Assembly (NCBI RefSeq): GCF_006345805.1
Contig: NW_021834581.1
Location: 1 to 46,774 of the forward strand
Reading direction: 5' to 3'
DNA from: Octopus sinensis
Taxonomy: Eukaryota
Length of the DNA: 46,774 bases
Positions 1 through 12,224 of the stretch are shown here, piece after piece. The notes below the pieces were generated by a model, which was not told the origin of the DNA, made no database searches, and worked only from the letters and a program-made list of their open reading frames with translations. Made by a program: the position numbers and the translations under genes. Numbering within the stretch: the first letter of the stretch is position 1; each line of letters opens with the position of its first letter.

Positions 1-548
1 TCATGATAGTCTGGGTAGAATAATCCAGAGGAAGTTATGTAGATAGCTAGAAATTGACCATACTGATAAGTGTTATAAATATGAATCTAGTAAAGTGCTA
101 GAAAATAAGAAAAAAATATAAGACATGGTGGGATTTTATTATTCAGGCCGAGAGATTAATAGAAGCTACAAAGCCTCATTTAGAAGTAGTAGTCTAAGAG
201 AAAGGAAAGTGTCAGGTAATTGACTTAACTATCCCAAATGATGAGATAATCAATATGGAAACTATACAGAAAATAGCAAAGTACCAGGGTCTAGCCATTC
301 AGTTACAGAGGCTAGGAAATGTGTGGATAAAATGTAACCCTGTAGCTATAAGTGCATTACGAATTATCCCTAAGGGTTTCACAAAGAAATAGAAATACTA
401 GGCATAAAACCTACTTTAGTGAAGCTCCAGGAAACCGTGTTATTAGGGGCAGCTAGGATACTTAGGAAGGTTTTTCGCATATAATGTTACTTGCTGCAGC
501 CCGATGTTAGGAACTTTTCTTGTTCCAGTCTAATCTGTTGTGCGTAGA
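1..548 (+). mobile_element. 3' end of R4/Dong-type non-LTR retrotransposon (restriction-like endonuclease domain), decayed
   Basis: Manual translation with stops and frameshifts: HDSLGRIIQRKLC..WWDFIIQAERLIEATKPHL..KCQVIDLTIPNDE..KIAKYQGLAIQLQRL..LQETVLLGAARILRKVFRI* (stop ~483). Fits the RLE PD..D..K layout of R4/Dong LINEs; short 3' UTR ends in TAATAAT at ~548. Confidence 0.8.
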
Positions 549-564
549 GGAATTAATAATCCTT

Positions 565-704
565 TCTTCTAAATACAAATGGGCTGCTTTTTTCCTAATT
601 TTGGCGGTGGGGACTAGATGATTACATCAACCCAGTGTTTTACTGGTACATAATTTATCAACTCCGAAAGGATCAAATGTAAAATCGATTTCGCCGCCTT
701 AAGA
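565..704 (-). mobile_element. SINE family A fragment (3' half)
   Basis: Reverse complement matches the internal and 3' part of the SINE at 4730-5060 (ACTGG..GTTGATGTAATC..CTAGTCCCC). Confidence 0.7.
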
Positions 705-941
<237 letters not shown>

Positions 942-1021
942 TAGGTATATTGGGCTTCGTATATGTCAACCGTGTCACTTTGTTGGCATGCACTGCTCTC
1001 TCACTCAATCGTAATAATAAC

Positions 1022-1420
1022 ACTTTCTACTACAGGCACAAGGGCTGAAATTGCGGGTTAGGGTCTCGTCAGTTACATCGACCCCTGTACATAGTTGATA
1101 CTTATTTCATCGACTCCAAAATTATGAAAGGTGAAGCAAACTCGGCGGAATTAGTAATAATAATCATTTCTATTATAAGCACAAGGCTTTAAATTTGAGG
1201 GGAGGGGACTAGTCGATTACAATGACCCCGGTACCCAACTATTACTTAATTTAACGGAGCGGAAAGGGGGAAAGACAAAGTTGACATCGTTGAAAGTAAT
1301 AATAATAATAATGATAATGGTAATGCTTTGTACTAAAGGTACAACGCCTGAAATTTCGGGGCTGAGGATATATTAAACAATCAATCGTAATGCAAGGCAT
1401 CTATTTTCATTGCTACATCA
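1022..1420 (-). mobile_element. Three stacked SINE family A 3' fragments (~1022-1160, ~1175-1280, ~1330-1420), each with an (ATT)n tail
   Basis: Recurrent (C/A)ACAA(G/C)G..TGAAAT / GATTA(C/A)A..GACCCC..TACTTA motifs, each preceded on + by an (AAT)n tract. Confidence 0.7.
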
Positions 1421-1461
1421 AAATTGTGACATATGAAAAGAACGGAGTGAGAAAAAGTTAG

Positions 1462-1612
1462 ACTTACCTGAGAAAAATGATAATATTCGGTTGTTCATTT
1501 AAAAAATATATTTACTCTGACGGTTTGCGTTCGCTACTTTTAATAAAAATTAAGAAAGAATGCGTTGAAGTAGAAATCAGCCAACCAGGATCTAACTTCT
1601 GTCAGCCAATGA
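1462..1612 (-). promoter_or_regulatory. Candidate CCAAT promoter plus short exon ending in a consensus splice donor
   Basis: Minus-strand CAG|GTAAGT at 1470-1462; TCAGCCAA at 1578-1585 and 1602-1609 (CCAAT 1606-1610) in non-repetitive sequence. Confidence 0.3.
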
Positions 1613-2147
1613 AATTTACGAATCATCTTTTATGAGTCGTAAACATTTTTAATTGCTTTTCTCAATCGATTTCACCTCTCACCACATCTCTTTTCACACA
1701 ACGCCTTATATGCTTCTTTTCATGCATACATACATACAGACATACATACCTGCATAAATATATATATATACATACATACATATATATATTATATGCACAC
1801 ACGTACACACACACACACACACATATATATATTACATGTATAAATATATGTATGTATGTATGACCATATACCAAGATCTATGCGCTGGGTATAACTCAAA
1901 CTGCATCCAGTAGTGGGGTATTTTGTTCGGGAGTTCCAGGGTTTGTGGAATCTGGAATCACCTCGTAGTCACTATTGTCCCCCGCGCTACGCTGTTACGG
2001 AGTGTTAGCAAATGTCAAGGTCCACCTATAAGTTAACTAATATAAGTGATGACAATGTATCGGAGCGCGGAAATGCAGAAATAACCTTGGTTGATGTCAC
2101 GGCATGCAGTAAAACCACTAAAAAAGACGGTTCCCTTGGTTGCATCA

Positions 2148-2360
2148 GAGGTGCCTACTGATGGAAAACCTGCTGTTTGACCTGATTAAAAGTCCTCTCT
2201 GTTCGGTATGCCACTAGGTTCTAGTCACAGAGACTCAGAGTGGTACTGAGACTCAGAGTGGTACTGATATTCTACAGGGGCCTCTCACTATAATTAAATG
2301 ATGCACAATTATCTCTTTAAGCTGACCACATTCAGCATTTAATCTGCTAAAGTTCCTACG
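2148..2360. repeat. Diverged direct repeat, copy 1 (copy 2 at ~4537-4730)
   Basis: Shared AGAGGTGC..CTGATG.AAAACCTGCT, identical GCCACTAGGTTCTAGTCACAGAGACTCA, and TATCTCTTTAAG.TGA.CACATT. Confidence 0.75.
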
Positions 2361-2759
2361 GTGATGGAAGAATGAACGCGCACGGTAGACTACAACAACT
2401 TTCGTCTCTCACCTACGCTTCAAAGAAGGTAGATCAGCAGAGAGACTAAATTTCAACTGAGAGGTCATGAATGGAAACACAGAAATGCCATCCAAAAACA
2501 GTAAGCAAAAGGTAACGGCAACCATCTGCCAAGATGGAGCAATCATTTTATGTGTTTGTATATGTATATATATATATTTAAAATTTCATACGTTTAAAGT
2601 TTATGAAAGCTCACAGTGTTTTGTCAGTTATAAATAGTCCATATAAATATATGCCCTCGACGGAAAAAAGGTAGTGTTTGCCTTACAAATATATATATAT
2701 ATATATATACATAAATGCATACATATATACATACATATATATATATATATATAATATAT

Positions 2760-2790
<31 letters not shown>

Positions 2791-2840
2791 TTTTATATAT
2801 ATATACATACATTCATATAGACATACATATATACATACAT

Positions 2841-2873
<33 letters not shown>

Positions 2874-2875
2874 CT

Positions 2876-2915
<40 letters not shown>

Positions 2916-3066
2916 TATAATTTGAGAGAGGGAGAGATATATAGATACGTATATTTATGTTACCCTAGCAATATCACAAGAAGGCAGTTGTATTCGTCAA
3001 TATATACTTATGCTTGTGCGTGGGTTCACGTCTTTTTGTGTGTGTGTGTGTGTGTATCTACCCATA

Positions 3067-3116
<50 letters not shown>

Positions 3117-3199
3117 ACTAACTAACTAACTAATTAACTATCTATCTGTCTATCCCTGTCCATTCGCTAACCTCTGTAACAATCGCTACATCCTTGTAC

Positions 3200-3560
3200 A
3201 TGGATAAGAGATCTAGTTTAGTTTCAAATCCACCGAAACGCAACCCAAATTGGTCTTTCAGTCCATTGTTGTACTTTGTAGACCTTTGTAGTAATTTGAG
3301 CCGATACCTGTTTTATGCCTGTCTCATTCTTTGATATATTGGACGTAAACTTAGATCATATACATGTATGTACGTGTGTGTATTATATATTATATATATG
3401 TATTATATAAGTATGTATGACTAGGTTTCTTAAGTGTTCAGTGTAGGTATTTTGTTTTGCGCTGATCTTAAGGTTTATGTTAACACCCGATGGTCATCTG
3501 ATTTCCACAATTGTTGTCACTGGGATATTCCACTACTACTTCCTCTTATGAGTGGCGACC
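3200..3560 (-). pseudogene. Diverged third copy of the decayed ORF in the duplicated block
   Basis: TIVEIR*PSGVNINLKISAKQNTYTEHLRNL aligns with TAVEMS*PADVNINLKIIKRILELLRNL at ~16010-16110 and ~40140-40230. Confidence 0.55.
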
Positions 3561-3629
3561 TTATCTGTCGTACTGTTGGCTATTGGTATGTATGCATGTA
3601 TTATATTTAGATACATATATGTATGTCAT

Positions 3630-3699
<70 letters not shown>

Positions 3700-3741
3700 T
3701 ATACATTATATATAATATATATATTTATATATATATACGTA

Positions 3742-3861
3742 GGCATGCTCGCTTAGCCAGCGGGGTGGCGTCATTTGTTTGGAGGCTAAAACAAAGCGAA
3801 GCGCATTGTGACCAGCGATGTGTAGCAACATCTGACAGCCTGGTCGGCCACGTGATCGCGT

Positions 3862-3862
<1 letters not shown>
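3742..3862 (+). mobile_element. SINE family C, 5'-truncated
   Basis: TGCTCGCTTAGCCAGCGGGGTGGCGTCATT..ACATCTGA..CTGGTCGG.CACGTGATC matches the reverse complement of 18696-18915; flanked by (TA)n. Confidence 0.8.
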
Positions 3863-3916
<54 letters not shown>

Positions 3917-3954
3917 TATACATATATATATACATACATATATACATATATACT

Positions 3955-4165
3955 TAATTCAAACAAGAAAGCACAAAAAACACAACAACGCGAGGACGTG
4001 GAACAAATATAGTATTATTGGACACTCAGGAAAGAAGGAAAGAAGGAGGGTATAACGTTTCGAGCGGAGCTCTTCGTCGGAAATATAGGAGAAGGAAAGA
4101 TCCAGAGAAGGGAGGACAGAGGAAAAAATCACAAACGGTACACACGAGGTCACATTTTGAAGGAC
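3955..4165 (-). mobile_element. Short PLE-type repeat with a minimal hammerhead-like motif (decayed)
   Basis: Minus strand: ATTT-CCGACGA-AGAGCTCCGCTC-GAAAC-GTT-ATAC (4050-4085); flank homologous to 31095-31200. Confidence 0.55.
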
Positions 4166-4449
4166 TGGAAGGAAAAGGGTGAAAAATTTTGTATTCAAAG
4201 ACAGAAGAGTGGTTCTGTCAAAGACAGGAGAATGCGTGTGTAAGTGTGGATATGTGCGTGCGCGGCGGTCAGCGTTTGCGTGTGTGTGTATGTCGGCAAT
4301 GATGACACGTGTGTGTGTGTGTTGTGTGTGTGTGTGTGCGTGTGTGTGTGTATGTGTGTGTGGTTGTGGCTGTTGAACAAAGCGGGTTTGTAGGGCTAAT
4401 GTATGTATTATGTATGTATGTATGTATGTATGTATGTATGTATGTATGT

Positions 4450-4515
4450 TTGCCATTTCAGTGGACTGAAGCAACGTGAAATGAAGTGTCTTGCTCAAGG
4501 ACACAACGCTCGCTG
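4450..4515 (-). mobile_element. tRNA-derived SINE fragment
   Basis: Reverse complement GCGTTGTGTCCTTGAGCAAGACACTTCATTTCACGTTGCT, a post-B-box motif common in metazoan SINE2 families. Confidence 0.55.
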
Positions 4516-4729
4516 TTGTCACAGTACTTTGTAAGAGAGGTGCGTTCTGATGTAAAACCTGCTATTTCACATAATCATTGTTCATCTAGATTCGTCAGCC
4601 ACTAGGTTCTAGTCACAGAGACTCAAAGTAGTACTCGTGTTGTACAGCCGTCTATCACTACAATCCAATGACCAACAGATATCTCTTTAAGATGAACACA
4701 TTTGTCATTTAATTTACTGAAGCTCCAAA

Positions 4730-5060
4730 GGCGGTGAGCTGGCAGAAACGTTAACACGCCGGGCGAAATACTTAGCGTCATTTCGTCTGTCTTTGCGTTC
4801 TGAGTTCAAATTCCACGGAGGACGACGTTGCTTTAATCCTTTCGGGGTAGATTAAATAAGTACCAGTTGCGCACTGGAGTCGATGTAATCGACTTGATCC
4901 TTCTCTCTGTCCATGTCGGTTTCCTGTATGTTTAGCCCCGTGTGGGTAGTAAAGAAATAGGTATTTCGTCTGTCTTTGCGTTCAGAGTTCAAATTACGGC
5001 GAGGTTGACTTTGCCTTTCATCTATTCAGGGTCGATAAATTAAGCACCAGTTGCGTACTG
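4730..5060 (+). mobile_element. SINE family A (tRNA-derived) with internal partial duplication
   Basis: Head GGCGGTGAGCTGGCAGAA, B box GAGTTCAAATTCC; segment ATTTCGTCTGTCTTTGCGTTC.GAGTTCAAATT occurs at ~4780 and ~4962. Confidence 0.85.
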
Positions 5061-5288
5061 GGGTCGAGCTACCTATCTATATCTGCCCTCTCTCAAGCGT
5101 CTGTACCTCAGTGGCAAGGACCTGGTATTTTGACAGGAGGATATCCAGTTTTGTTTCGAAGGCACTTAAACCCACCCCATGTTGGCCTCTCATGTAATAA
5201 TATGACCCCATACATTTTTTTTTACTGTTTTGCTATTTGCTATATTATACGTAAACTTACATAATACATACATATATATATATATATA

Positions 5289-5321
<33 letters not shown>

Positions 5322-6059
5322 TGTGTGTATTATATATGTATGTATGCATATATATATATATATTATATATATATATAAACATATACGTATGCAATGCATA
5401 TATATATATATGCATACATACAATACACACACACATACACAAACCACACATATATATATATATGTGTGTGTGTGTGTTTTATATGTATGTATGTATATAT
5501 ATATATATATATTATACACGTATGCAATGCATATATATATATATAATGCATACATACAATACACACACTTACACAAACACACACACATACACAAACACAT
5601 ACACACACATATATATACACACGTACATATGTATACACATATGACTATGTGTATGCATGTATGTATAGAACAAGTTTTCTCTTGTTGAAATTTCCAAGAA
5701 ACCTTCCTTTCTTAAAAAGTATTTTCATATAAGTCAAGTGAAGTCAAGTGCATCTGAAATTTGAAAGGCTAATTTCAGTACTTACAAATATGTCCCACAC
5801 CCATCCAAGTAATGAAACTGGCTTTTGTGTGAGAAGCTTTGAATTCAGTAGATCACACAAAGATATACATATGTACCCTCAGGCACACATACACATGTCT
5901 CCTGGGGAATGTGACCCAGAGTGTAGTGTCAAGAGAGAGACTTAGAATATTGGGGAAAAAAGGAGGAATGATATATCTCATTTTGTAGGATTGCAAATAC
6001 ATAGCTTTTTGGCTGTGATGTAATGTATATACGGGTTCGAGTGAAGCTAGTATTCCTGT

Positions 6060-6790
6060 CACTGTCTAGTCCTTGTGACCCTTATTCTTGGACCAGACGG
6101 ATCACAGAGCTGAGAAACGACATGTATATTCTCTAAATAAACAAGGAATAGGGCAGCATATTTCTGCTCTTGTCTCACTGAGAAGACAGCATCAGTTGTA
6201 TTTATTCTCGCCATAAAACAAAAATCACGTCTACATTAATTTTCTCTTTCTAAGCAAATGAGATGTAATTCTTTTGTAACCTTCATAACTTGCCCCAACA
6301 GTTTAACACCTGAAGCATTCTTCCTTTAATACATTACCTTTGCCTTTTATAGCAGTTGAAAATGGTATTACCACATCGGTCACAGGGTATGAGACTCTCC
6401 TATTCAAGTTGATTTACTAAGGGACTGACTAACCCGCATCCCACTCTCACGAGTATTTCCTATTACATACCTTCATACCGTTAAACGCATTCTCCACTGT
6501 ACGGCTGTAAATTTGGATGGATGGCCCCCTCAACTGGGTTTACTTCCTCTACACTCTTTATCCCTCTTCTATTCTTTTCATCCAATAAATTCTCATTATA
6601 TCACGTCTGCACTTCTTTCTTTACATTTCATGAATAACAAGAGTATCATTGTTATTCCGTACAGAATCTTCATCATTGACGCCTTTCATTTCTCTCCCAA
6701 ACAATCTTGCCATTCAGAATATGCCACACTTCTGATGTTCACTTTTGATGTCTTAAAACATTGATAAGCTTCTTACTCTGCTCATCTTCC
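6060..6790 (-). mobile_element. RTE-clade LINE reverse transcriptase N-terminal fragment, heavily decayed
   Basis: Frameshifted motifs NPVEGPSIQIYSRTVENAFNGMK, NCYK-GKGN, KLLGQVMKVT, FMARINTTDAVFSVRQEQKY (RTE GFMPGRSTTDAIFIVRQLQEKY-type). Confidence 0.7.
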
Positions 6791-6979
6791 TTTCTTTGAT
6801 ATAAATGTTGCGTTGCTTCTTTTCTTGCAGCTTGGTGTTGCTTTTTGTGGTCCTCTTTTGCCAATCTTTCCAAGCCCGTCCCTTAACCTATGTGGCCCTT
6901 TCTATGCAGCTATTCCACTACATATATAAATTACATATGCATGTCTGTTTGTATACATATATATACACACACATATATA

Positions 6980-7476
6980 CAGCACAGTGCTACTGCTGCT
7001 TATTGCACCAGGAATACTTGTCCTCCAGTTGGCTAATGACACACAGTCTGTGTCCGATTAGTATTTGCAAGGGAGGTCATCGCTCCCATGTCTAACCTTA
7101 CGTCATACACAAGGATGCATGTTTCTGGGTGGTTACCTCCCCTCCCACCGAGCATGTGTTAATCACTAGCAAGTGATGAAAGTTCATTCCACTCGCAAAT
7201 TATTATATAACTTTCTAGCGACTCACAGTCGCTGATCTCGTAAAACAGAGAGATATGTTATTCTAAATTTAATATAACATATACAGATTTGATATAACAT
7301 ATCTCTCTCTTTTACGAGATCAGCGACAGTGAATCGCGAGAAAAGTATATAGTGATTTGGCTACAGATGGGAGTGATGGCCTCCTTCGTAAATACTAATC
7401 GGGCACAGACTGTGTGTCGTTATTCAGCTGGAGGAGATGTCTTCCTGGGGCTATAAAGAACAGTAGCACTGTCCTG
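6980..7476. mobile_element. Foldback MITE with TA flanks (Tc1/mariner-type)
   Basis: TA|CAGCACAGTGCTACTG ... CAGTAGCACTGTCCTG|TA; ~190-bp imperfect arms, ~100-bp extra segment (~7098-7197) in the left arm. Confidence 0.75.
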
Positions 7477-7578
7477 TATAGCACGCCACATTCAGTTGAC
7501 AAATATAGTTTACAATTCCGTACTGCTACTGTTTATATATCTCTCAGATATATGTATGTATATATATATATATATATA

Positions 7579-7637
<59 letters not shown>

Positions 7638-7689
7638 TGTGTGTGTGTGCGTGTGTGTGTGTATTTATGTATGTACTTGGTAAGGTTGA

Positions 7690-8340
7690 CAACTTTCGTT
7701 TAACTCCCAGCAGGACGAAATCAAACTATTTCAAAGGCCGGGTGAAGACAGGAGAATCAACAGCCATCCAATGGCTGGGAGTGCGATATAACTCCTTTTG
7801 TTGCGACATCTCTCTTATGTAATACCTATGATGTAGAATAGTTGTTCGTTTGGCAGAAATGTATTGGCTGTTTTGGGAGGGAGTCGGAATTGCCATGTGC
7901 AAACTAATAGACACACGAGACAAAATAATTCAACTACTCATATCATTGCAAACTGTTCCAATCCTGTACAACACACTCGATTAAATAAGCCAAACCACGC
8001 ATATAGGAATCAGCCTATATTTCCTCATCCTAACATGATCCCTAAAGTAGTAGAGAACTGGTACCTTGCTAACCTCCACGAAAGAGACAGATATATTGGC
8101 TAACATCAGAAGAATTGCCACTTAAACCCTGAAGCAAAACATCTGAGTTCCCTGACGACTCATCAATAAAAGACAAATTATCCTTCGAAATCAGAAACTG
8201 GAGAGCTCCAGTATCCCTCAAAAGAGTTACGGGACGAGGGAGAGACGTATTTCTCATACGTGACACAGAACATCTTGAAACAAAGGGCAAAAACTCATTC
8301 CGAACTATGGAATCTGAGGGTTTTGAAACAAAACTCTCCG
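7690..8340 (-). mobile_element. Gypsy LTR-retrotransposon protease / early pol remnant
   Basis: ORF 8069-8290: PFVSRCSVS..PVTLLRDTGALQFLISKD..DVLLQGLSG with aspartic protease D-T-G; downstream sequence only weakly RT-like. Confidence 0.6.
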
Positions 8341-8404
8341 AAAAGAAGGGCTTGCGTGCGATAAATACAAAAGCATTTTGGTGACCTGTGAACTAAACCC
8401 CCAT

Positions 8405-8440
<36 letters not shown>

Positions 8441-8649
8441 TATATATATATATATATTACACATGTATATATAAATTCAGCAACAATTTAGATTCAAATG
8501 AATATGGTACTTAATTTAGATGCACCAGAATTTTGTATGGTGTTATTCATAAAAAATTGCGGGTTGATTATAATCAAAAATTAGCAATAAGAATGACTCC
8601 GGTAATTTGGTACAATTGTTTCGAAACATACATATATATATATGTGTGT

Positions 8650-8719
<70 letters not shown>

Positions 8720-9074
8720 TATTTCACAGGTTATTTAAACGATTAGGTACCATAATAAGTGCTGTAACAGATTACTAAGGCTCCAAGGTTATATCCGAGA
8801 CAACAGTCATAGAGCCATTGGAGATTTCCGAGGCAGCGGATATATAATTGGTAAACAGGACGTCAAATATCTCAAGTCATATACGATATTATATCATATT
8901 ATATTATATTATATATACACCACACACACATATATATATATATATATATCATGTATGTATAAATGTATTTGTGCACGTGTATATTCATTTACTTTTTCAG
9001 TCATTTATACAGAATTTATTGTTTGCCAGACTAGTATTTAGTCTATCACTTTCCCTTGTCAACCCGCTCCATTA

Positions 9075-9335
9075 CAGGGACGTAAACACACCAACATCAG
9101 TTGTCAAGTGAGTGTGAGGGGGACAAACACAGACACAAAGACACACATAAGTATATACATAGATATAAGACGGGTTTATTACAGTTACTCTCTACTAAAT
9201 ACACTCATAAGGCTTTGGTCGACCCGAGGATATAGTAGAAGACACTTGCCCAAGATGCCATGCAGCGGAACTGAACCGGAATCTATGTGTTTGGGAAGCA
9301 AGTTTCTTACCACACAACCACTTCTCCGTCTTCAC
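9075..9335 (-). mobile_element. SINE family B fragment
   Basis: GGGACGTAAACACACCA..CAAACACAGACAC..TAG.AGAAGACACTTGCCCAAGATGCC shared with 41365-41803. Confidence 0.8.
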
Positions 9336-9606
9336 ACAACTCCGCCTCCGCGAGATATAAATATGCATATATGTGTTTGCGTAAGAGTGTGTGAATGCGT
9401 CTGTGTGTATGCAGTGGGGACCCAGGATCTTTTTCGTTTCCAAAAAATTACTATATTAGTTGGGAATCGCAATTTGTAACAAATGGACACATTTTTATGT
9501 ATTCTATGTTGTAACAGACCAGAAACATATAAAACAGTTATGCTTTGAGGAACCTTGCTCCCGGAACTTTTTTTGTGTCGGATGGGCCAGAAAGGGTTTT
9601 ACCAGA

Positions 9607-9651
<45 letters not shown>

Positions 9652-9689
9652 TATTTATACATACATATAGACATACAGATAGATAAATA

Positions 9690-9826
9690 ATTAGATAGAT
9701 AAGATAGATTCATAGGTAGATAAGATAGGTATATATAAAGATAGGTATATATATATGTATATATATGTAGATAGATAGGTAGATAGATCGATAACTAGAG
9801 AGATAGGTAGGTAGATAGAGGCTTCC

Positions 9827-9920
<94 letters not shown>
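9690..9920. repeat. (ATAG)n microsatellite
   Basis: Pure ATAG run ~9827-9920, degenerate upstream. Confidence 0.95.
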
Positions 9921-9921
<1 letters not shown>

Positions 9922-10199
9922 TAATATGTGTGTGTCTCCGTATAATTATAATAAGGGCTTATAAATAAATTTCCTAGCTATATGCTGAGAAAAAGACGCT
10001 AAATCGCCTCATCACTGAAAGAAGTCAGAAACACATGTTGAATTCGATGCAACAAGCCAACGGAAATTTTCGATAAGATAGTTCTGTATTAGTTAAAATC
10101 TAGATCTGCCCAAATGCTCTCCCATCTTCAGCAGAAATATACTATAGATATAAATGAGATATTTATTAATTCATATAGGAAAGCGATACGCAAAGCCAT

Positions 10200-12205
10200 A
10201 TATACACATAAATTCTCCATTCTGCTGCCAGTTTGCGTAGACGCAGACCAGCAAGTGTCCGAGCAAGTCCGGCATACTACGATAAAATTCATAGGGCAGA
10301 CCATCTAGCCCCGGCGACTTGTTCCTGGTGCATTCATCTAGCACATCCCCGCCCTCCGCAGCTGTAATCGACCCGTCACAACATCCGGCCTCCCGCGCCG
10401 AGTGTCGCGGCCCGCCGGCGAAGAAGTCCTTTAGGGACTCCCCACGGTCCAGCGCCCCCCGCTCGTCCCAAACCACCGGTCGAAATCTCTAAAGATTTGT
10501 GCACGTCCACTGTGGAACGAGCACTTCACCCAGTCTATATCGGTCTACTAGGTTATAACTTGCTAGTAACTTTTTTTTAGACCAGAACATCCCCTTCTAT
10601 CGGTCGAGCCAACACTATCCACCCCTGCTTCGAGAATAGCGTTAACGTCTCCTACTATATCTAGAGTTTTAGACGTCACCAGAAAGCTCTCCAGGTCTCG
10701 AAAAATACAGCTTGTCTTCCCTCTTTTGGAGCGTATACTGCTACCGACCTGAATGACTGCTTACTTGCTTGTCACATCTAGGACGACCAAACTAACTTCT
10801 CGGTCCAGAATATCTGTACTTACCTGTGTGTCCAAGCTTTTTCTGAACAGCACCACCAGGCCCCCGTCTCCCCGTCAACTAGGAGAAATAAATTTCTCAT
10901 AGCCATTTAGAAGAGACGGGAACGTCTGTGGCCCGTTCAACCTCCACTCAGTTGCAACATATATATCAGTTTCTAGTGAACTGGAGTCGTTTCGAGACAT
11001 TTTGCTTCCATTTCGATCCCAGGCCACGAATATTTATACTACCTAACTTAATTTCCATGGTAAAAGTTAAAGAAGCCCACACATGTTAAGTATGCAGAGA
11101 GGCTGCACAAATTCTCCAGCCTCCCCTTCTTTTTCTTTCCGAGATGTAGCCGCTTGGCTAAGAACAAATCTTTTGTTGCCAAACTCTTGGTTAACATCTT
11201 GTATGTCCTACGGGTATCTCTCTTTAGATTGCTTAAATATTTCTGCTACTATCCTTGGCAACCGTATATTCGGTTGCATACCATGTATCGTCTGGCCTTG
11301 ATTCGATTATTTTGTTTGAGGCTTGAACCACCATCTCGAGTGTTTGGCCTTTCCAGTTTAGAGCCTCTCCCTTTTTCATTTGCGGTATTGATATTTCTTC
11401 TGCGTCGTAAATTACGGCCGCTGCAATGCAAGGTAGGTCGGGAGCAACATTATCTCCTCATTCTTTAGCGTTTGAGTCGATATTTCTTCTGCTAATTCAG
11501 CGTTTTCAAATTGCGCCTCAATAGTGGAGCTTCTTCGTCCTGGACCGACATAGGTATAATTTTTCCCGGGGGGGGGGGGGCACTTCTCTACAGCTTCGTT
11601 CTTCACTGACAATATTCTTTTTTTTCCTTTACGGTTGTATATTTTGTATACTACCGTTCTGGCAGTAAAATCTTTCATCATGTCCTGTGGTGGCAGAAGT
11701 TTGGTTTCGTTGCTACTTTTCTTTATAAGGTAGCAAAACTTAAATAAATGTTCCTTATATAGCTCCAATTTACTGAAATTGCCACCAATAGCAGCAGAAA
11801 AACTTGGCTTTTCCTTTCCTTCCTGGTTACAAACTTGTTTACTTTCTTTCATGGCCGGGAAATCCTTCTCTCAGGACTGAAAATGGATATTCGACAACAA
11901 ATTCAAATCCATTTTTACAAATGGCCTCCGAATAACAGAAAAATAATAAGTATTTTTGTCAAAATGCCAAAAATTAATTTTTTACCCTGCAACGGGTAAA
12001 AGAAACACAAAAAGCAGTCCAACAAGTTATGCAGCAATTAATTTTCTGCCCCGTGGGGCGAAAAGTTTCGTTAAAACGACGACAACAGTTCGATTCCAAG
12101 AAGCGCACAAGCGTAACAATTTCAACATATAATCAACAACAAAAATACATTAACCAAATAAACTCACTAAGCCAGAGCAGCCGAAAGCAGAAGGACTCCA
12201 GTCTG
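10200..12205 (-). mobile_element. L1/Tx1-clade LINE copy A: 5' UTR, ORF1, APE endonuclease and start of RT; internally deleted, 3'-truncated
   Basis: ORF1 11412-11852 (MKESKQ..SFSAAIGGN); ORF2 ATG at 11058 MEIKLGSINIRGLGSKWKQ; IVGDVNAILEAGVDSVGSTDRRGC; KSPGLDGLPYEFYRSMPDLLG. Confidence 0.85.
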
Positions 12206-12224
12206 GAGTAATTTCTTTATTATG

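Noticed and set aside
8731-8850. TTTCACAG|...TTG|GTAAAC possible exon
   Set aside because: Stops in all three frames and a weak donor.
10015-10040. CTGAAAGA..GAAACACATGTT hammerhead-like string
   Set aside because: Core has an extra base, no stem II, and stem I leaves no unpaired H17.
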